Source: Candidatus Poribacteria bacterium
GTDB taxonomy: Bacteria; Poribacteria; WGA-4E; WGA-3G
Length of the DNA stretch: 64,000 nucleotides
Reading direction: 5' to 3'
NCBI GenBank assembly: GCA_964291315.2
Contig: OZ219752.1
Location: forward strand, 1-64,000
In this document: one piece after another, positions 40,202 through 49,906 of the stretch
Layout: every line of letters begins with the position of its first letter
How positions within the stretch are numbered: position 1 is the stretch's first letter
The notes under the pieces: model-generated
Told to the model about the DNA's origin: nothing
Databases searched by the model: none
Seen by the model: the letters and a program-made list of their open reading frames with translations, nothing else
Position numbers and translations under genes: made by a program

Positions 40202-40834
40202 CTATTGCAGACACCGTTGCACGATGTTTCGATAGGTATCCAAGGCCGGTGTGTCCAATCCTTTCACTTTTGCCAGATCATCGCATTCCCGTAAAACAAG
40301 CCCGTCCTCAAAATAGGGAATCTGTTCAAACGCCTCTCGTTCTTCCTCTGTCATAGTACCCCCTTGAAGCTCAAGACTCTTTTTTGAAGCGTTGGATAGT
40401 CCATCCCAATAAGAAGGAACAGTTGTACACAGGTACCTTTTTGCTGGAACATGCAGTCGGATCGGGGTTGTGACGGATTCTGGGAAAAAGGGTTCCAAGT
40501 ACTTCGCGCCAACCTCTTCATGATTCAGGTCGGTATTTAAGAAGGTGCCACGTGCATTGTGTTCGTCTAAAATTATATGTCCGATGTCGTGAAGCAATGC
40601 CCCCGTAATCAGTGTAGGGCTTGCCTCTCTCTGCTGCACAAGGGCAGCACATTGGAGGGCATGCTCTAGTTGTGTCACTACCTCATCATAGAAAGAGTGT
40701 CCATGCTTTTCCATGTACATGAAGAGTGTGTCAACTTTTTGCTCCGCTGTCCCGTGCCTCATTCCTTGTGCAAGCCGTGGGTCAACGTACTTTCCGATGT
40801 CGCTTGAAATCTGAAATGTATCATCAAAAGTCAT
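40202..40834 (-). CDS. HD-domain diiron oxygenase, PhnZ/TmpB-like
   Basis: Y.E.VTQLEHALQCA, ALLHDIGH, HE..G, IRLHVPAKRYL, LS.AS..SL..QGG, DD.AK. Confidence 0.85.
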   Translation of the reverse strand: MTFDDTFQISSDIGKYVDPRLAQGMRHGTAEQKVDTLFMYMEKHGHSFYDEVVTQLEHALQCAALVQQREASPTLITGALLHDIGHIILDEHNARGTFLNTDLNHEEVGAKYLEPFFPESVTTPIRLHVPAKRYLCTTVPSYWDGLSNASKKSLELQGGTMTEEEREAFEQIPYFEDGLVLRECDDLAKVKGLDTPALDTYRNIVQRCLQ

Positions 40835-41612
40835 GGTTCACTACTTTTCCTTGAAAATGTGCTATTTTACTGATTTGTTTGTCTCGGTTTGAACTCTCTT
40901 TCGCGTATCCTGAAAAAGTCTGTCGCTTATCGGTGTAATACTGCTCCCGCCAGTCCCCTTGAGAACGGGCATTGTAAGTGAGATAGATAATGCGTCTGGG
41001 TTGGCATGAACAGTTTACTGAACTCTGGTGAGGCACATATGAACTGAATAGGAGGATGTCCCCCGGATCCGTTGGCACGGCGGTCCACGCCATTGCAGTG
41101 GCGACTTCAGGCGCGACGCAGCCCCTCTCATCCAAAGCAATGAATCCTTCCAGATGTCTACCAGATGAGAAATAGAGACACCCGCTTTCGGGAGTGGCTG
41201 CGTCTACAGAGATCAAACAGGTGATATGGTAGTTAACGAACTTGTAAGCAGGTGCGTCTTGATGGGCAGCGTAACCGCCTCCCCCCGGATATTTATAGTT
41301 AATCTTTTCTTTATAGAGGACAGCCGATTCACCCAGGAGTTCGGAAACCACATCTAGCACCTTACCTCTCGTCACGGTGGCTTTCATACCGGGGTGGTAT
41401 GGCACAAAATTTTCCGAACGGGAGAGCCGCGGTCCACTAGGTGTGGATTCATAATGATGCATCCACTTGTTATGTGTCGGTTTCCAACACGATATTTCAG
41501 ATACCCAAGCTAGCAAAGTACCCATCTCTTCCTCAGAGAAAAATCTTGGAATTTTCAGGTAGCCGTTCGTTTTCCAGTTTTGATGGAGCTTCGGATTGAG
41601 GTGCCCTGTCAT
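40824..41612 (-). CDS. PhyH-family Fe(II)/2OG dioxygenase, PhnY-like
   Basis: LYKEKINYKYPGGGGYAAHQD, PGDILLF...PH.S..N....RR; overlaps the HD gene. Confidence 0.82.
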   Translation of the reverse strand: MTGHLNPKLHQNWKTNGYLKIPRFFSEEEMGTLLAWVSEISCWKPTHNKWMHHYESTPSGPRLSRSENFVPYHPGMKATVTRGKVLDVVSELLGESAVLYKEKINYKYPGGGGYAAHQDAPAYKFVNYHITCLISVDAATPESGCLYFSSGRHLEGFIALDERGCVAPEVATAMAWTAVPTDPGDILLFSSYVPHQSSVNCSCQPRRIIYLTYNARSQGDWREQYYTDKRQTFSGYAKESSNRDKQISKIAHFQGKVVNHDF

Positions 41613-41972
41613 AGAAATTTCCTCACAGAAGGTCTTTTTGCGTGCCAATATAACGTATAGGGAATCATTTGTCAAGTTTTAACGGTATTGGTGTGGTGAA
41701 CTTGCAAGGCACATGAACCGATATCCTCATGAGTAGGTGTGCAGCACTCGGCGGCGCTGAGCCGTTTCCGGGACTCTAGAAAAGCGCTAACGTTCAAAAA
41801 CAACGAAAATAGGTGAGCAAATGCCCGGGATGCTGCGCAGAATGCGAAGGTTTGCGGAACGCAATTTACACAGGGGATCTACTTAAGAAAACCCTTTTTC
41901 CGATCAAACATGCCTGAGACACTTCATACAGAACTAAACACTATAGCCACAGAGAGCCAGTAGAGGCGAAAA

Positions 41973-42854
41973 TCATACCACTTCTTTTTCAGATTCTGGG
42001 AAAGGCAAAACATCACGATAGACAGGTTCCATCTTTTCTGAGTAGGCATCTCCGCGAACCCACATGACAGGGCGAACTTTGTGCGCCTTCTTATGAGGGA
42101 CACGCTCTGAATCTGCCAAGATATAATGGGCAACATTACACCTCCGAAAGCGCGCGCTGTGGTTATGAGTGCTCTTGTGAAGCAGTGCATTGTTGAAGAA
42201 TATTACAGTTCCCGGCGGCACCTCAACGGCCACCCCATCTTCGTCTTTAGCACTGCGTACAATTTTAAACTCGTTCTGTTGTGATCCTTCAAGGTCCTCA
42301 TGCTGTTGAACGCCATATTTATGGCTACCGGGGATGACGTATAGACATCCATTATCTACATCTGCAGCATCAATAGCAGTCCACGTGCCAACAGTCTTAG
42401 TAGATATATACTGATGGTTAAAATACCATCTATCTTGATGCCATGGAAACCCTAAACCGATTTTCGGTGCCTTCCAGATATACAAATTATTGAGCCCTAA
42501 GATATTTGGACCAATTAAGTCAACAATCGGATCGGTTAGGCGCGGATCACGAGTGCGCGCTAGAAACTCTGGAGAATAGTGGTTTATATGATGAATGCTG
42601 TGCATCGCTTTGGGGCCGGATGCTTCAGTTTTCCCATCTCTGACTAAGGCGTTTTGCTGAACATTTGCAGCCGGAAAAGGACGTTTTCCAGTGGCAATGT
42701 CATCAGGAATTTGAGCTAAAACATCGTTTTCTTCTTTGGTAAAAACCTCGTAACGGATGAAGTAACCGTTCTCATCCCACGATAATCGTTCTTCCGGAGT
42801 TAGCTTAAACTTCCGTTCTTCAAGTGTTGCGTGTGTGTCCATTAATGTCCTCAT
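41973..42854 (-). CDS. Phytanoyl-CoA dioxygenase (PhyH) family protein
   Basis: WDENGY, PWHQD, WTAIDAA...NGCL..IPGSH, LLH.S..N.S.RFRR. Confidence 0.9.
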   Translation of the reverse strand: MRTLMDTHATLEERKFKLTPEERLSWDENGYFIRYEVFTKEENDVLAQIPDDIATGKRPFPAANVQQNALVRDGKTEASGPKAMHSIHHINHYSPEFLARTRDPRLTDPIVDLIGPNILGLNNLYIWKAPKIGLGFPWHQDRWYFNHQYISTKTVGTWTAIDAADVDNGCLYVIPGSHKYGVQQHEDLEGSQQNEFKIVRSAKDEDGVAVEVPPGTVIFFNNALLHKSTHNHSARFRRCNVAHYILADSERVPHKKAHKVRPVMWVRGDAYSEKMEPVYRDVLPFPESEKEVV

Positions 42855-42863
42855 TGATAAGCT

Positions 42864-43078
42864 CTATTCGGGGTCTGTAATAGGCAAAACGTCCCTGTAG
42901 ACTTTCATCAGACAAAATTGGTTTTACCTCTAACCCACATGACAGGGCGTAATTTTGTGTTACCCTTTGTTGTAGACTTTCATCAGACAAAATTGGTTTT
43001 ACCTCTAACCCACATGACAGGGCGTAATTTTATGTTACCCTTTGTTGATGTGCGTTTCACTCTTGAACTCATGTAATG
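42864..43078 (-). pseudogene. 3'-end remnant of a paralogous PhyH gene with a 75-bp tandem duplication (42896-42970 / 42971-43045)
   Basis: Reads HYMSS...KLRPVMWVRG...VYRDVLPITDPE*, versus HYILA...KVRPVMWVRG...VYRDVLPFPE in the neighbouring gene. Confidence 0.75.
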
Positions 43079-43105
43079 TCAGGTACGGTATCCGCGTTCC
43101 GTTCA

Positions 43106-43969
43106 TTACCCCTTTTGCCCCAGCCGCCGCTTTACTTTTTGGAAATCAGATGAATCGCTCCGTAACCCTGACTTTGGAGTCAAACTGTTGATATGAGATT
43201 GTGCGTTCATAATCCGCTCACTATGCACTGGATGTGTTGAAATCAATTGTTCTAGAGCAGAAGGCTCTCTCTTCTCTAAGTCGCGTAAAGTCTGAAAGAA
43301 CTGAATTGCCCCCTCTGGCGAGATACCTGCATCATAGATATTCCGAATGCCGTAAAAATCCGACTCACGCTCATTGTCGCGACTGTACCTAAAAAGCAAA
43401 CCTGCAGCGAGAATTTCTGTAATTATCTTCTTAGTCTTACCAGAGTCTTTATCTAAAATTAGCTGTTTTATGATTTCAACGCCGTAAGCTTGTGTGAGGC
43501 GTTTCATGGAGTGCCGGCCAACAATATGCCCAATTTCGTGACCAAGTACGAACGCTAACTCGGCCTCGGTTTTTGCCATCCGGATGAGATCCAAGTGAAC
43601 GTATATAAAACCGCCGGGGACAGCGTAGGCGTTAACGCCGCTCTTATCCACTACCTTAAACGTGTAATGCATATCGCTCCGAGCACTGTATCGGACGAGC
43701 AACTGTCCAAGTGCGTTGATATAGTTCGTCACAACCGAATCAGTGTAAAGTTCTACCGTTTTTTCATGCTGCTCAACATAGGTCCTGCCAAATTGCACCT
43801 CCTCTGCATCCGTGAAGATGTTGACATTACTGAATGCTTCTATCAGCGCATTGCCCGTGCTTTCAAAGGTATTGCCGCCGGCACATCCCGTGTGAAAAAC
43901 AAGCACTGATAGAGCAATAGACAACAATGTTGATCTTGTAAAAAAATAAAAAAAAGTGGATTGGTTCAT
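43106..43969 (-). CDS. M48 family metallopeptidase (lipoprotein)
   Basis: VNAYAVPGG, ELAFVLGHEIGH, YSRDNERESD, STHP...RI. Confidence 0.92.
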   Translation of the reverse strand: MNQSTFFYFFTRSTLLSIALSVLVFHTGCAGGNTFESTGNALIEAFSNVNIFTDAEEVQFGRTYVEQHEKTVELYTDSVVTNYINALGQLLVRYSARSDMHYTFKVVDKSGVNAYAVPGGFIYVHLDLIRMAKTEAELAFVLGHEIGHIVGRHSMKRLTQAYGVEIIKQLILDKDSGKTKKIITEILAAGLLFRYSRDNERESDFYGIRNIYDAGISPEGAIQFFQTLRDLEKREPSALEQLISTHPVHSERIMNAQSHINSLTPKSGLRSDSSDFQKVKRRLGQKG

Positions 43970-44014
43970 AAGACAGTCTGTAGCTGCCAGCGGGCAACTA
44001 CAGACATTGATAGG

Positions 44015-44668
44015 TTACATCGAAAAATTGCCAACAAATACATTGTTCACTGCTTCACCTTGTTGCCATACAATAGGAAGGACGGAGTCTTTATACCGGT
44101 AGACTTCAGATTTGCCGACAATAGCGTTCTGAATTGCAGTCAGTGGCTTATACCAGATTTGATGTGGCTGTGTGCAATTCACGCACGGATAGCGGTTAGC
44201 AGATAAGGTGAGGACTTCACCGACTGTTACATCGTACTTGGTGCCCTCTTTCGAGAACTCAATGTCAGCGATTTGTGTCGCAACGACTTCACCCAAAACG
44301 TCGGCGTGTTTTATTCTCAGCAGTGCGCCCAGGGCAGTACGCTGTTCTATTGTTGTGCTTGGATCCATGTACAACACGCTCTTACGGGGCTCGGTATCAA
44401 TTGCCAGATTGCTTTTTGCACTGATGACAGCAACGACGGTTAAGCCGTCAAGCGAAACGTCGTTCCAACTTCCGTGCTGGATGTTCCAGACAAGGGTAGC
44501 CTCTTTGCCACCCTCCACGAATTCCGCACCGTAGTGGCATGCTCCAACATAAACGCTCGCGGATCTCGCTTCTATGTACTCACCTTGCACGATCCGGGTT
44601 TCAGTCGCAAAGGCGAAACCGGCTATCAAGATCAGTGTGAGTGCTGTAAAAACAGAGAAACCTCTCAT
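44015..44668 (-). CDS. DUF1326-like secreted protein
   Basis: G.YIEARSASVY.GACH...E, W.I..G.W..V.LDGL. Confidence 0.65.
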   Translation of the reverse strand: MRGFSVFTALTLILIAGFAFATETRIVQGEYIEARSASVYVGACHYGAEFVEGGKEATLVWNIQHGSWNDVSLDGLTVVAVISAKSNLAIDTEPRKSVLYMDPSTTIEQRTALGALLRIKHADVLGEVVATQIADIEFSKEGTKYDVTVGEVLTLSANRYPCVNCTQPHQIWYKPLTAIQNAIVGKSEVYRYKDSVLPIVWQQGEAVNNVFVGNFSM

Positions 44669-44839
44669 TTTTATATCTCCCTTTTATTTTCAGATTTGCC
44701 TTAATAGACGTAATTATAACACAATTATACCGTAAAGTGATAAAAAGAACAACCTTTTTAAGTTTTCAGCAGAGCCCTTTAGTTCTCGTGAACGAATTGC
44801 CCTATTACATGTCTGAAAATCCAAAGTATACCTACACCT

Positions 44840-45322
44840 CTATTGTTTCTTGTTGAATTCATTCTTTTCTCTCATCCGTCTCTTCGTGAACAGAAAAATT
44901 GAGAATGTTATAATACCGCAAAAAAGCAGAGCAAAGACAACACTAAAGCTTGGCAATAGATCTGCAATATTATTTTTTCGGTGCATCTTGAGTGCGACGA
45001 AATGAGCACCGCCGTTAACAATTGTAACGGGTTTACCGAGCCTGGTACTGTATCCGTCTTTGTAGATGCTGATCAGGTACCTCCCTTTGGGAATACCGGC
45101 GTGCTCAAACCATCCATTAGCGTCAGTTGTTGTTATAAATTCCGTACCGTCTGCGGCGCGTATTACGACTTTAACATCTTGAATTGGATTCGACATATCT
45201 GTTGTATCAGTAATTCGTCCACTAACAGTACCTCCGCGATTTGTCCAATTGTCTTGTGTAAAGACAATCCCGGCAGGTATAATTGTCCACATGACAAAAA
45301 TTAGCAAATTTAAACGGATCAT
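44840..45322 (-). CDS. Carboxypeptidase-regulatory-like domain membrane protein
   Basis: GTVSGRITD...PI..V.V, TTTDANG.F...IP.GRY......GY; C-terminal TM. Confidence 0.75.
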   Translation of the reverse strand: MIRLNLLIFVMWTIIPAGIVFTQDNWTNRGGTVSGRITDTTDMSNPIQDVKVVIRAADGTEFITTTDANGWFEHAGIPKGRYLISIYKDGYSTRLGKPVTIVNGGAHFVALKMHRKNNIADLLPSFSVVFALLFCGIITFSIFLFTKRRMREKNEFNKKQ

Positions 45323-45373
45323 TACTTTAGCTCTCCTCTCTTATATCTGGTGTGATTGGAGACTGAGGTGGGG

Positions 45374-46222
45374 CTATTTCCAAGCGTTGGATAGCAATCG
45401 CCGGAGGGTGCCACCTAAGATTTCTGCTTTGTCAGTTTCTGGAATAAACGGGCAGTGCGTCCGGAATACCTCAAGGGCATGCTGATACGTCATAAATTTA
45501 CGAACGACCGGATAGTCAGATCCCCAACAGAGACGACCGGGGCCGAAGTGTTCATAGAGAGCGCGCACAATCCAGTGTGTGTCGGAATGTGGATAGTCCC
45601 ACGGAATTTGTGAGACATAGGCGAAGCCTGACATCTTGATGTGAATATTCGGCACATCTGCAGAAGCAAGTACCTGTTTGAGATGTGGATACGGATGCGA
45701 TTCACCCGCACAAGCACCGCCCATGTGATGGCATAGAATAGGGACAGTTGGAAACTGTGCTGCGATTCTCCGGAGCGCCTCATGCTGATGACTCCCCATA
45801 GCAATACTAGCGATTAAACCGAGATCGGCAGTTGTTTGAAAGAAACGTTGCCCCTCCTCAGAAAAAAACCACGTTCCATCGTCCTCGCCTCTGAGGTAGT
45901 GCGTGTAACCTTTAAGCGTGTACGTTTCCGCAGCAATTTTTAGCCGATCCGCTGCGCCATCTGTGTGATATGTCTCTGTCCACGAGCAATCTACATCCGC
46001 AAATTGGATTAACCGATCCGGGTAACGCTTGACGCAGGCTGCGACGTAATCGTTGTTCTCTGGATTCCTGTCGATGCGGGCACAAATAAGCACTGCCTTA
46101 TCTACACCGTTCAGATCCATTTCGTGGAGAAGCTGTTCGACGTTACCTCGACTTTCATCATCTGGAACTGGAGGTTGATAGGGCCACCGGGGCCAGGCAT
46201 GTGTATGTGAGTCAATTATCAT
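45374..46222 (-). CDS. Amidohydrolase family protein
   Basis: IIDSHTH, HHMG, N.HIKMSG, FGP.RL.WGSDYP. Confidence 0.9.
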   Translation of the reverse strand: MIIDSHTHAWPRWPYQPPVPDDESRGNVEQLLHEMDLNGVDKAVLICARIDRNPENNDYVAACVKRYPDRLIQFADVDCSWTETYHTDGAADRLKIAAETYTLKGYTHYLRGEDDGTWFFSEEGQRFFQTTADLGLIASIAMGSHQHEALRRIAAQFPTVPILCHHMGGACAGESHPYPHLKQVLASADVPNIHIKMSGFAYVSQIPWDYPHSDTHWIVRALYEHFGPGRLCWGSDYPVVRKFMTYQHALEVFRTHCPFIPETDKAEILGGTLRRLLSNAWK

Positions 46223-46307
46223 TCTTTCCTCCTAAGCAGAGACAGATTGATTAGTGAAAAATGTCAAATCTCAATCCCAAAACGACTGATTGCGTTAGTT
46301 TTTATAT

Positions 46308-47864
46308 CTACCCTTCCAATCCGAGCATCAAAACGCCTAACTCTTGCTTGTTTGTCTCGCTTGGTTTCACAATACCGACAATTTTACCATCGTACATCAC
46401 CGCAATCCTGTCGCTAAGGCGGATCAGTTCATCTATTTCAGATGAAACCAATAAAACGGCTTTGCCTCGGTTGCGTGCATGCATCAGCCGCGAGTGGACA
46501 AATCTTGCTGCGTGAATATCCAAGCCACGTGTTGGATGCGCGGCGATAATAAGTTCAGGGGCGCTCTCCAATTCTCGGGCGACAACAACCTTTTGCTGAT
46601 TCCCCCCAGAGAGTGTTTTGATGGAATGCGCGATGTCTCCGGCCTGAATTTGATATGTATCCAGGGCGTTCAGCGTAGCCTGCCGAATAGACTTTCGCTG
46701 GAGGAAGCCATGGCGGCAGTAACGTCTATTTTTGTGATGACCGACAATGAAGTTATTGTCAATCCGGTCATTTAAGCTAATGCCGTGCCGGTGTCTATCA
46801 GCAGGTATGTGGGCGACCCGATCACCGTTTAAGGTAAGGCACCCGCTATGAACGTGTCGTAAACCGGTCAAAACTTCAACAAGTTCAGTCTGTCCATTTC
46901 CTTCGATCCCCGCTATCCCAACGATCTCACCGGGGAACACTTCAAGATCGATCGCATTGAGGAGGGGCTTGTTCAACTGACCTGGATTCGGCGAGCGTGT
47001 TTTGCGGGCCCACCCGTTGAAAAATTGCGCAAATTCCGTTTTAGTATCTGAATCTGCAGAAAGTGTAACTTTTTCTAAACGGAGCATCGGTGTCGTCTTT
47101 TTGATCTGCTCCCGCTTTAGAATGTTTGACAAGGCAGGTTCACCGAGCATCATTTCTGCTAAAGCTGTGGGGTTGGTATCCGAAATAGGAGACGTAGAGA
47201 CAGAACGCCCGCGCCGCATTACTGTCACCGTGTCTGCTATCGCCATCACTTCATCGAGTTTGTGGGTTATAATAATAAGACTGTTTCCCTTATTTTTTAG
47301 GATGCGCATGCAGTTAAAAAGCCCCTCGATTTCTTGTGGCGCAAGCACGGCTGTCGGTTCATCCATAATTAGGATATCCGCGCCGTGGTAGAGGACTTTC
47401 AGGATTTCGGTGTGTTGTTGCGCCCCAATAGGCAAAGATTCGACAGGCGTGCTCAGAGGCACATCAAAACCGAGCTGCATTGTGAGTGCTGTTATCTGTT
47501 CTCTCGCTTGCTGGTAATCGAGCAACGCGCCGAATTTACGAGGTTCTTTAGCAAGGACAACGTTTTGAAGTGCGGTGAAAATAGGGATCAGGGTGAAGTG
47601 TTGCTGCACCATTCCGAGGCCGAGTCGCATGGCTCGCCGTGGAGAGGAAATGGTCACAGAACGGGCATCAACGAAAATCTCACCTGCATCAGGTTGATAC
47701 AAACCGTAGAGAATCTTCATCAAGGTAGATTTACCGGCCCCGTTCTCACCGACAATGGCATGAATTTCACCCCGTCGGAGCGTGAAATTCACATCGACAT
47801 TCGCCTGTACTTTTCCAAACCGCTTATTGATGCCTTGCATCTCAATAATAGGTGGATGTACCAT
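46308..47864 (-). CDS. ABC transporter ATP-binding protein (nucleoside/sugar, two ABC domains)
   Basis: GENGAGKST, DEPTAVL, GIEGNGQ, LSGGNQQK, PTRGLD. Confidence 0.92.
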   Translation of the reverse strand: MVHPPIIEMQGINKRFGKVQANVDVNFTLRRGEIHAIVGENGAGKSTLMKILYGLYQPDAGEIFVDARSVTISSPRRAMRLGLGMVQQHFTLIPIFTALQNVVLAKEPRKFGALLDYQQAREQITALTMQLGFDVPLSTPVESLPIGAQQHTEILKVLYHGADILIMDEPTAVLAPQEIEGLFNCMRILKNKGNSLIIITHKLDEVMAIADTVTVMRRGRSVSTSPISDTNPTALAEMMLGEPALSNILKREQIKKTTPMLRLEKVTLSADSDTKTEFAQFFNGWARKTRSPNPGQLNKPLLNAIDLEVFPGEIVGIAGIEGNGQTELVEVLTGLRHVHSGCLTLNGDRVAHIPADRHRHGISLNDRIDNNFIVGHHKNRRYCRHGFLQRKSIRQATLNALDTYQIQAGDIAHSIKTLSGGNQQKVVVARELESAPELIIAAHPTRGLDIHAARFVHSRLMHARNRGKAVLLVSSEIDELIRLSDRIAVMYDGKIVGIVKPSETNKQELGVLMLGLEG

Positions 47865-47866
47865 AT

Positions 47867-48844
47867 CTACTGCAGCTCGTGTGGGACGACGATGTCGCCC
47901 GCTATAATTTTCGCTTTAAATGCTTCAACTTGTTCCAGAATTTTGTCCGGGAGCAGCGAACGATTAACGTCATCGATGATATATTCAACACCGCCCTCTT
48001 TAAGTCCGTAATCTTTTAGACCGCCCGAAAAATTACCTGCTTGGACGCTCTTTATGGTCTCATAGACCGATATTTCCACACCTTTGATGACGCTCGTGAG
48101 AACCAAACCGGGTGCAAGGTTGTTCCCATTAGAATCAACCCAAATAATAAATTTCTGCGCTGTTTTTGCGGCTTCAAGGACACCTAGACCACTGGCACCA
48201 GCGGCAGCAAGGATAATATCCACACCGCGGTTATACTGTGCCAATGCGATTTCTTTGCCCCTTGTGGGATCGTTGAACGCTTGCGGGGTAACACCGATGT
48301 AGTCTGCCACAAATTCAACCTCCGGGTTTGTCGCTTTAATACCAGCCCGGTAGCCAACCTCAAAAGCCTCAACGAGCGGCACCTTCATTCCACCGACAAA
48401 ACCGATCCGCCTTGTTTCTGTTTTCAACGCTGCAATGACACCAGCCAAGAACATCCCCTCATGTGCTCGGTAAGTAAGAGATGCAACATTAGGTTGCTCT
48501 ATGATTGCGTCAATAAGTGCGAACTTGACATCCAGAAAATCACCGGCTACGCGTTTCATCGGCTCTTGAAAAAGAAAACCCACCCCTATGATAAGGTCGT
48601 ATTTAAGTTTTGCAAGCCTGCGGAGGGTCAATTCGGTATCTGTACTCTGACTTGGCGTAACCTCTGTGAGCTTGAACCCCCATTCGTCTTTCGCTTTTTT
48701 GGCCCCGGCGTAGGCAGCGTCACAAAATGAGAGATCCCCACGTCCCGTCACATCATAGATAAGCCCCACTTTTATCGATGCAAATGCTGTCTCTATTCTG
48801 ATAAAACACGCTATAAAGAGCAGGATTAAAATTCGTATGTGCAC
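47867..48844 (-). CDS. BMP family ABC substrate-binding protein
   Basis: GRGDLSF, LIIGVGF, IGFVGGM, F.DP..GKE.A, AAG.SG.GV. Confidence 0.9.
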   Translation of the reverse strand: MHIRILILLFIACFIRIETAFASIKVGLIYDVTGRGDLSFCDAAYAGAKKAKDEWGFKLTEVTPSQSTDTELTLRRLAKLKYDLIIGVGFLFQEPMKRVAGDFLDVKFALIDAIIEQPNVASLTYRAHEGMFLAGVIAALKTETRRIGFVGGMKVPLVEAFEVGYRAGIKATNPEVEFVADYIGVTPQAFNDPTRGKEIALAQYNRGVDIILAAAGASGLGVLEAAKTAQKFIIWVDSNGNNLAPGLVLTSVIKGVEISVYETIKSVQAGNFSGGLKDYGLKEGGVEYIIDDVNRSLLPDKILEQVEAFKAKIIAGDIVVPHELQ

Positions 48845-49186
48845 AATATTTTCCTTTCGATTTCATCATTTTTGCGTAAATAGAGATCAAGCGTTCCAAC
48901 ACTATTATCATACGCGATTGTGTGTTTAAAAGCAAGTAGTATTTGACTACTAGTGGCCAGCAGTTAGTGGTTAGTGATCAACTTATTAGGAGATGCTTCC
49001 TAAAACGAGCATCCTGATTCAGAGATCCTTCTTACCGAAGATCCCAATCTTCCTATATCTTAAGAGAAAAATATTGCTTTTTTTCTTCTTTAACGTTATT
49101 CTAATGTATAGTCTCTTCGCTATTGTCGTAATAGCGAGGTATATTAACAATATCTAAACTATCTTGACGAAAAATGGAGGAGAATT

Positions 49187-49870
49187 ATGAAAATAGCTAT
49201 GAGATCACTGAAACCAACCACTTTGGGTTTTATTCTGTTTTTTGGTACGGTAATTTCATTATCCGCATTCGCCGGCACGCAATTGTGGGAATTTGAGGAA
49301 AAAGACGATGATTGGGAAGTTGCGAATGGAAATTGGGCAATTAAAGACGGTATCTACCAACTCGAAAAAGGTGGAAAAGCAGAACATGCTCTTGTTGGTG
49401 AAGAGGAATGGGGTGATTACACCGTTGAGGCGAAGATTCGGATAGATGAAGGCAGCTGGGCGGGTTTGATCTTCCGGGCACAAAGCGAGATGGAATACTA
49501 CGTCTACTATCTCAACACTCAAAACAACAAATCCGAGCTTTGGCGGCACAGCAAGGGGGCATGGGATACGCGGAATGCCGTTAACAGCGATATTCCAGCC
49601 ACCAAAGAGGTAAAGATAGGAAATGAAGAATGGTATGATGTCAAAGTTACCGTTGAAGGCGATATCTTCAAACTTCATATCAACGGTGAACTTCAAAGTG
49701 AAGAGTCAGACGGCACCTATAAAACAGGCATGATCGGCGTGTGGGGATGGGAAACAGGAGCAAGCTTTGATGATGTCATGATTACCGGTGATAATGTCAT
49801 AGATACGCTCGACGTTGAACCGAATCAGAAGCTTGCAACAACATGGGGGCGCCTCAAACGGGCCTTTTAG
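49187..49870 (+). CDS. Secreted DUF1080 / concanavalin-like domain protein
   Basis: W....G.W...DG, W.DYTVE, AGLIFR, G.IG...SFDDV; tail VEPNQKLATTWGRLK. Confidence 0.75.
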   Translation: MKIAMRSLKPTTLGFILFFGTVISLSAFAGTQLWEFEEKDDDWEVANGNWAIKDGIYQLEKGGKAEHALVGEEEWGDYTVEAKIRIDEGSWAGLIFRAQSEMEYYVYYLNTQNNKSELWRHSKGAWDTRNAVNSDIPATKEVKIGNEEWYDVKVTVEGDIFKLHINGELQSEESDGTYKTGMIGVWGWETGASFDDVMITGDNVIDTLDVEPNQKLATTWGRLKRAF

Positions 49871-49906
49871 GTAGGACCCCTATCCTATTATACGGACAAA
49901 TAGCAA

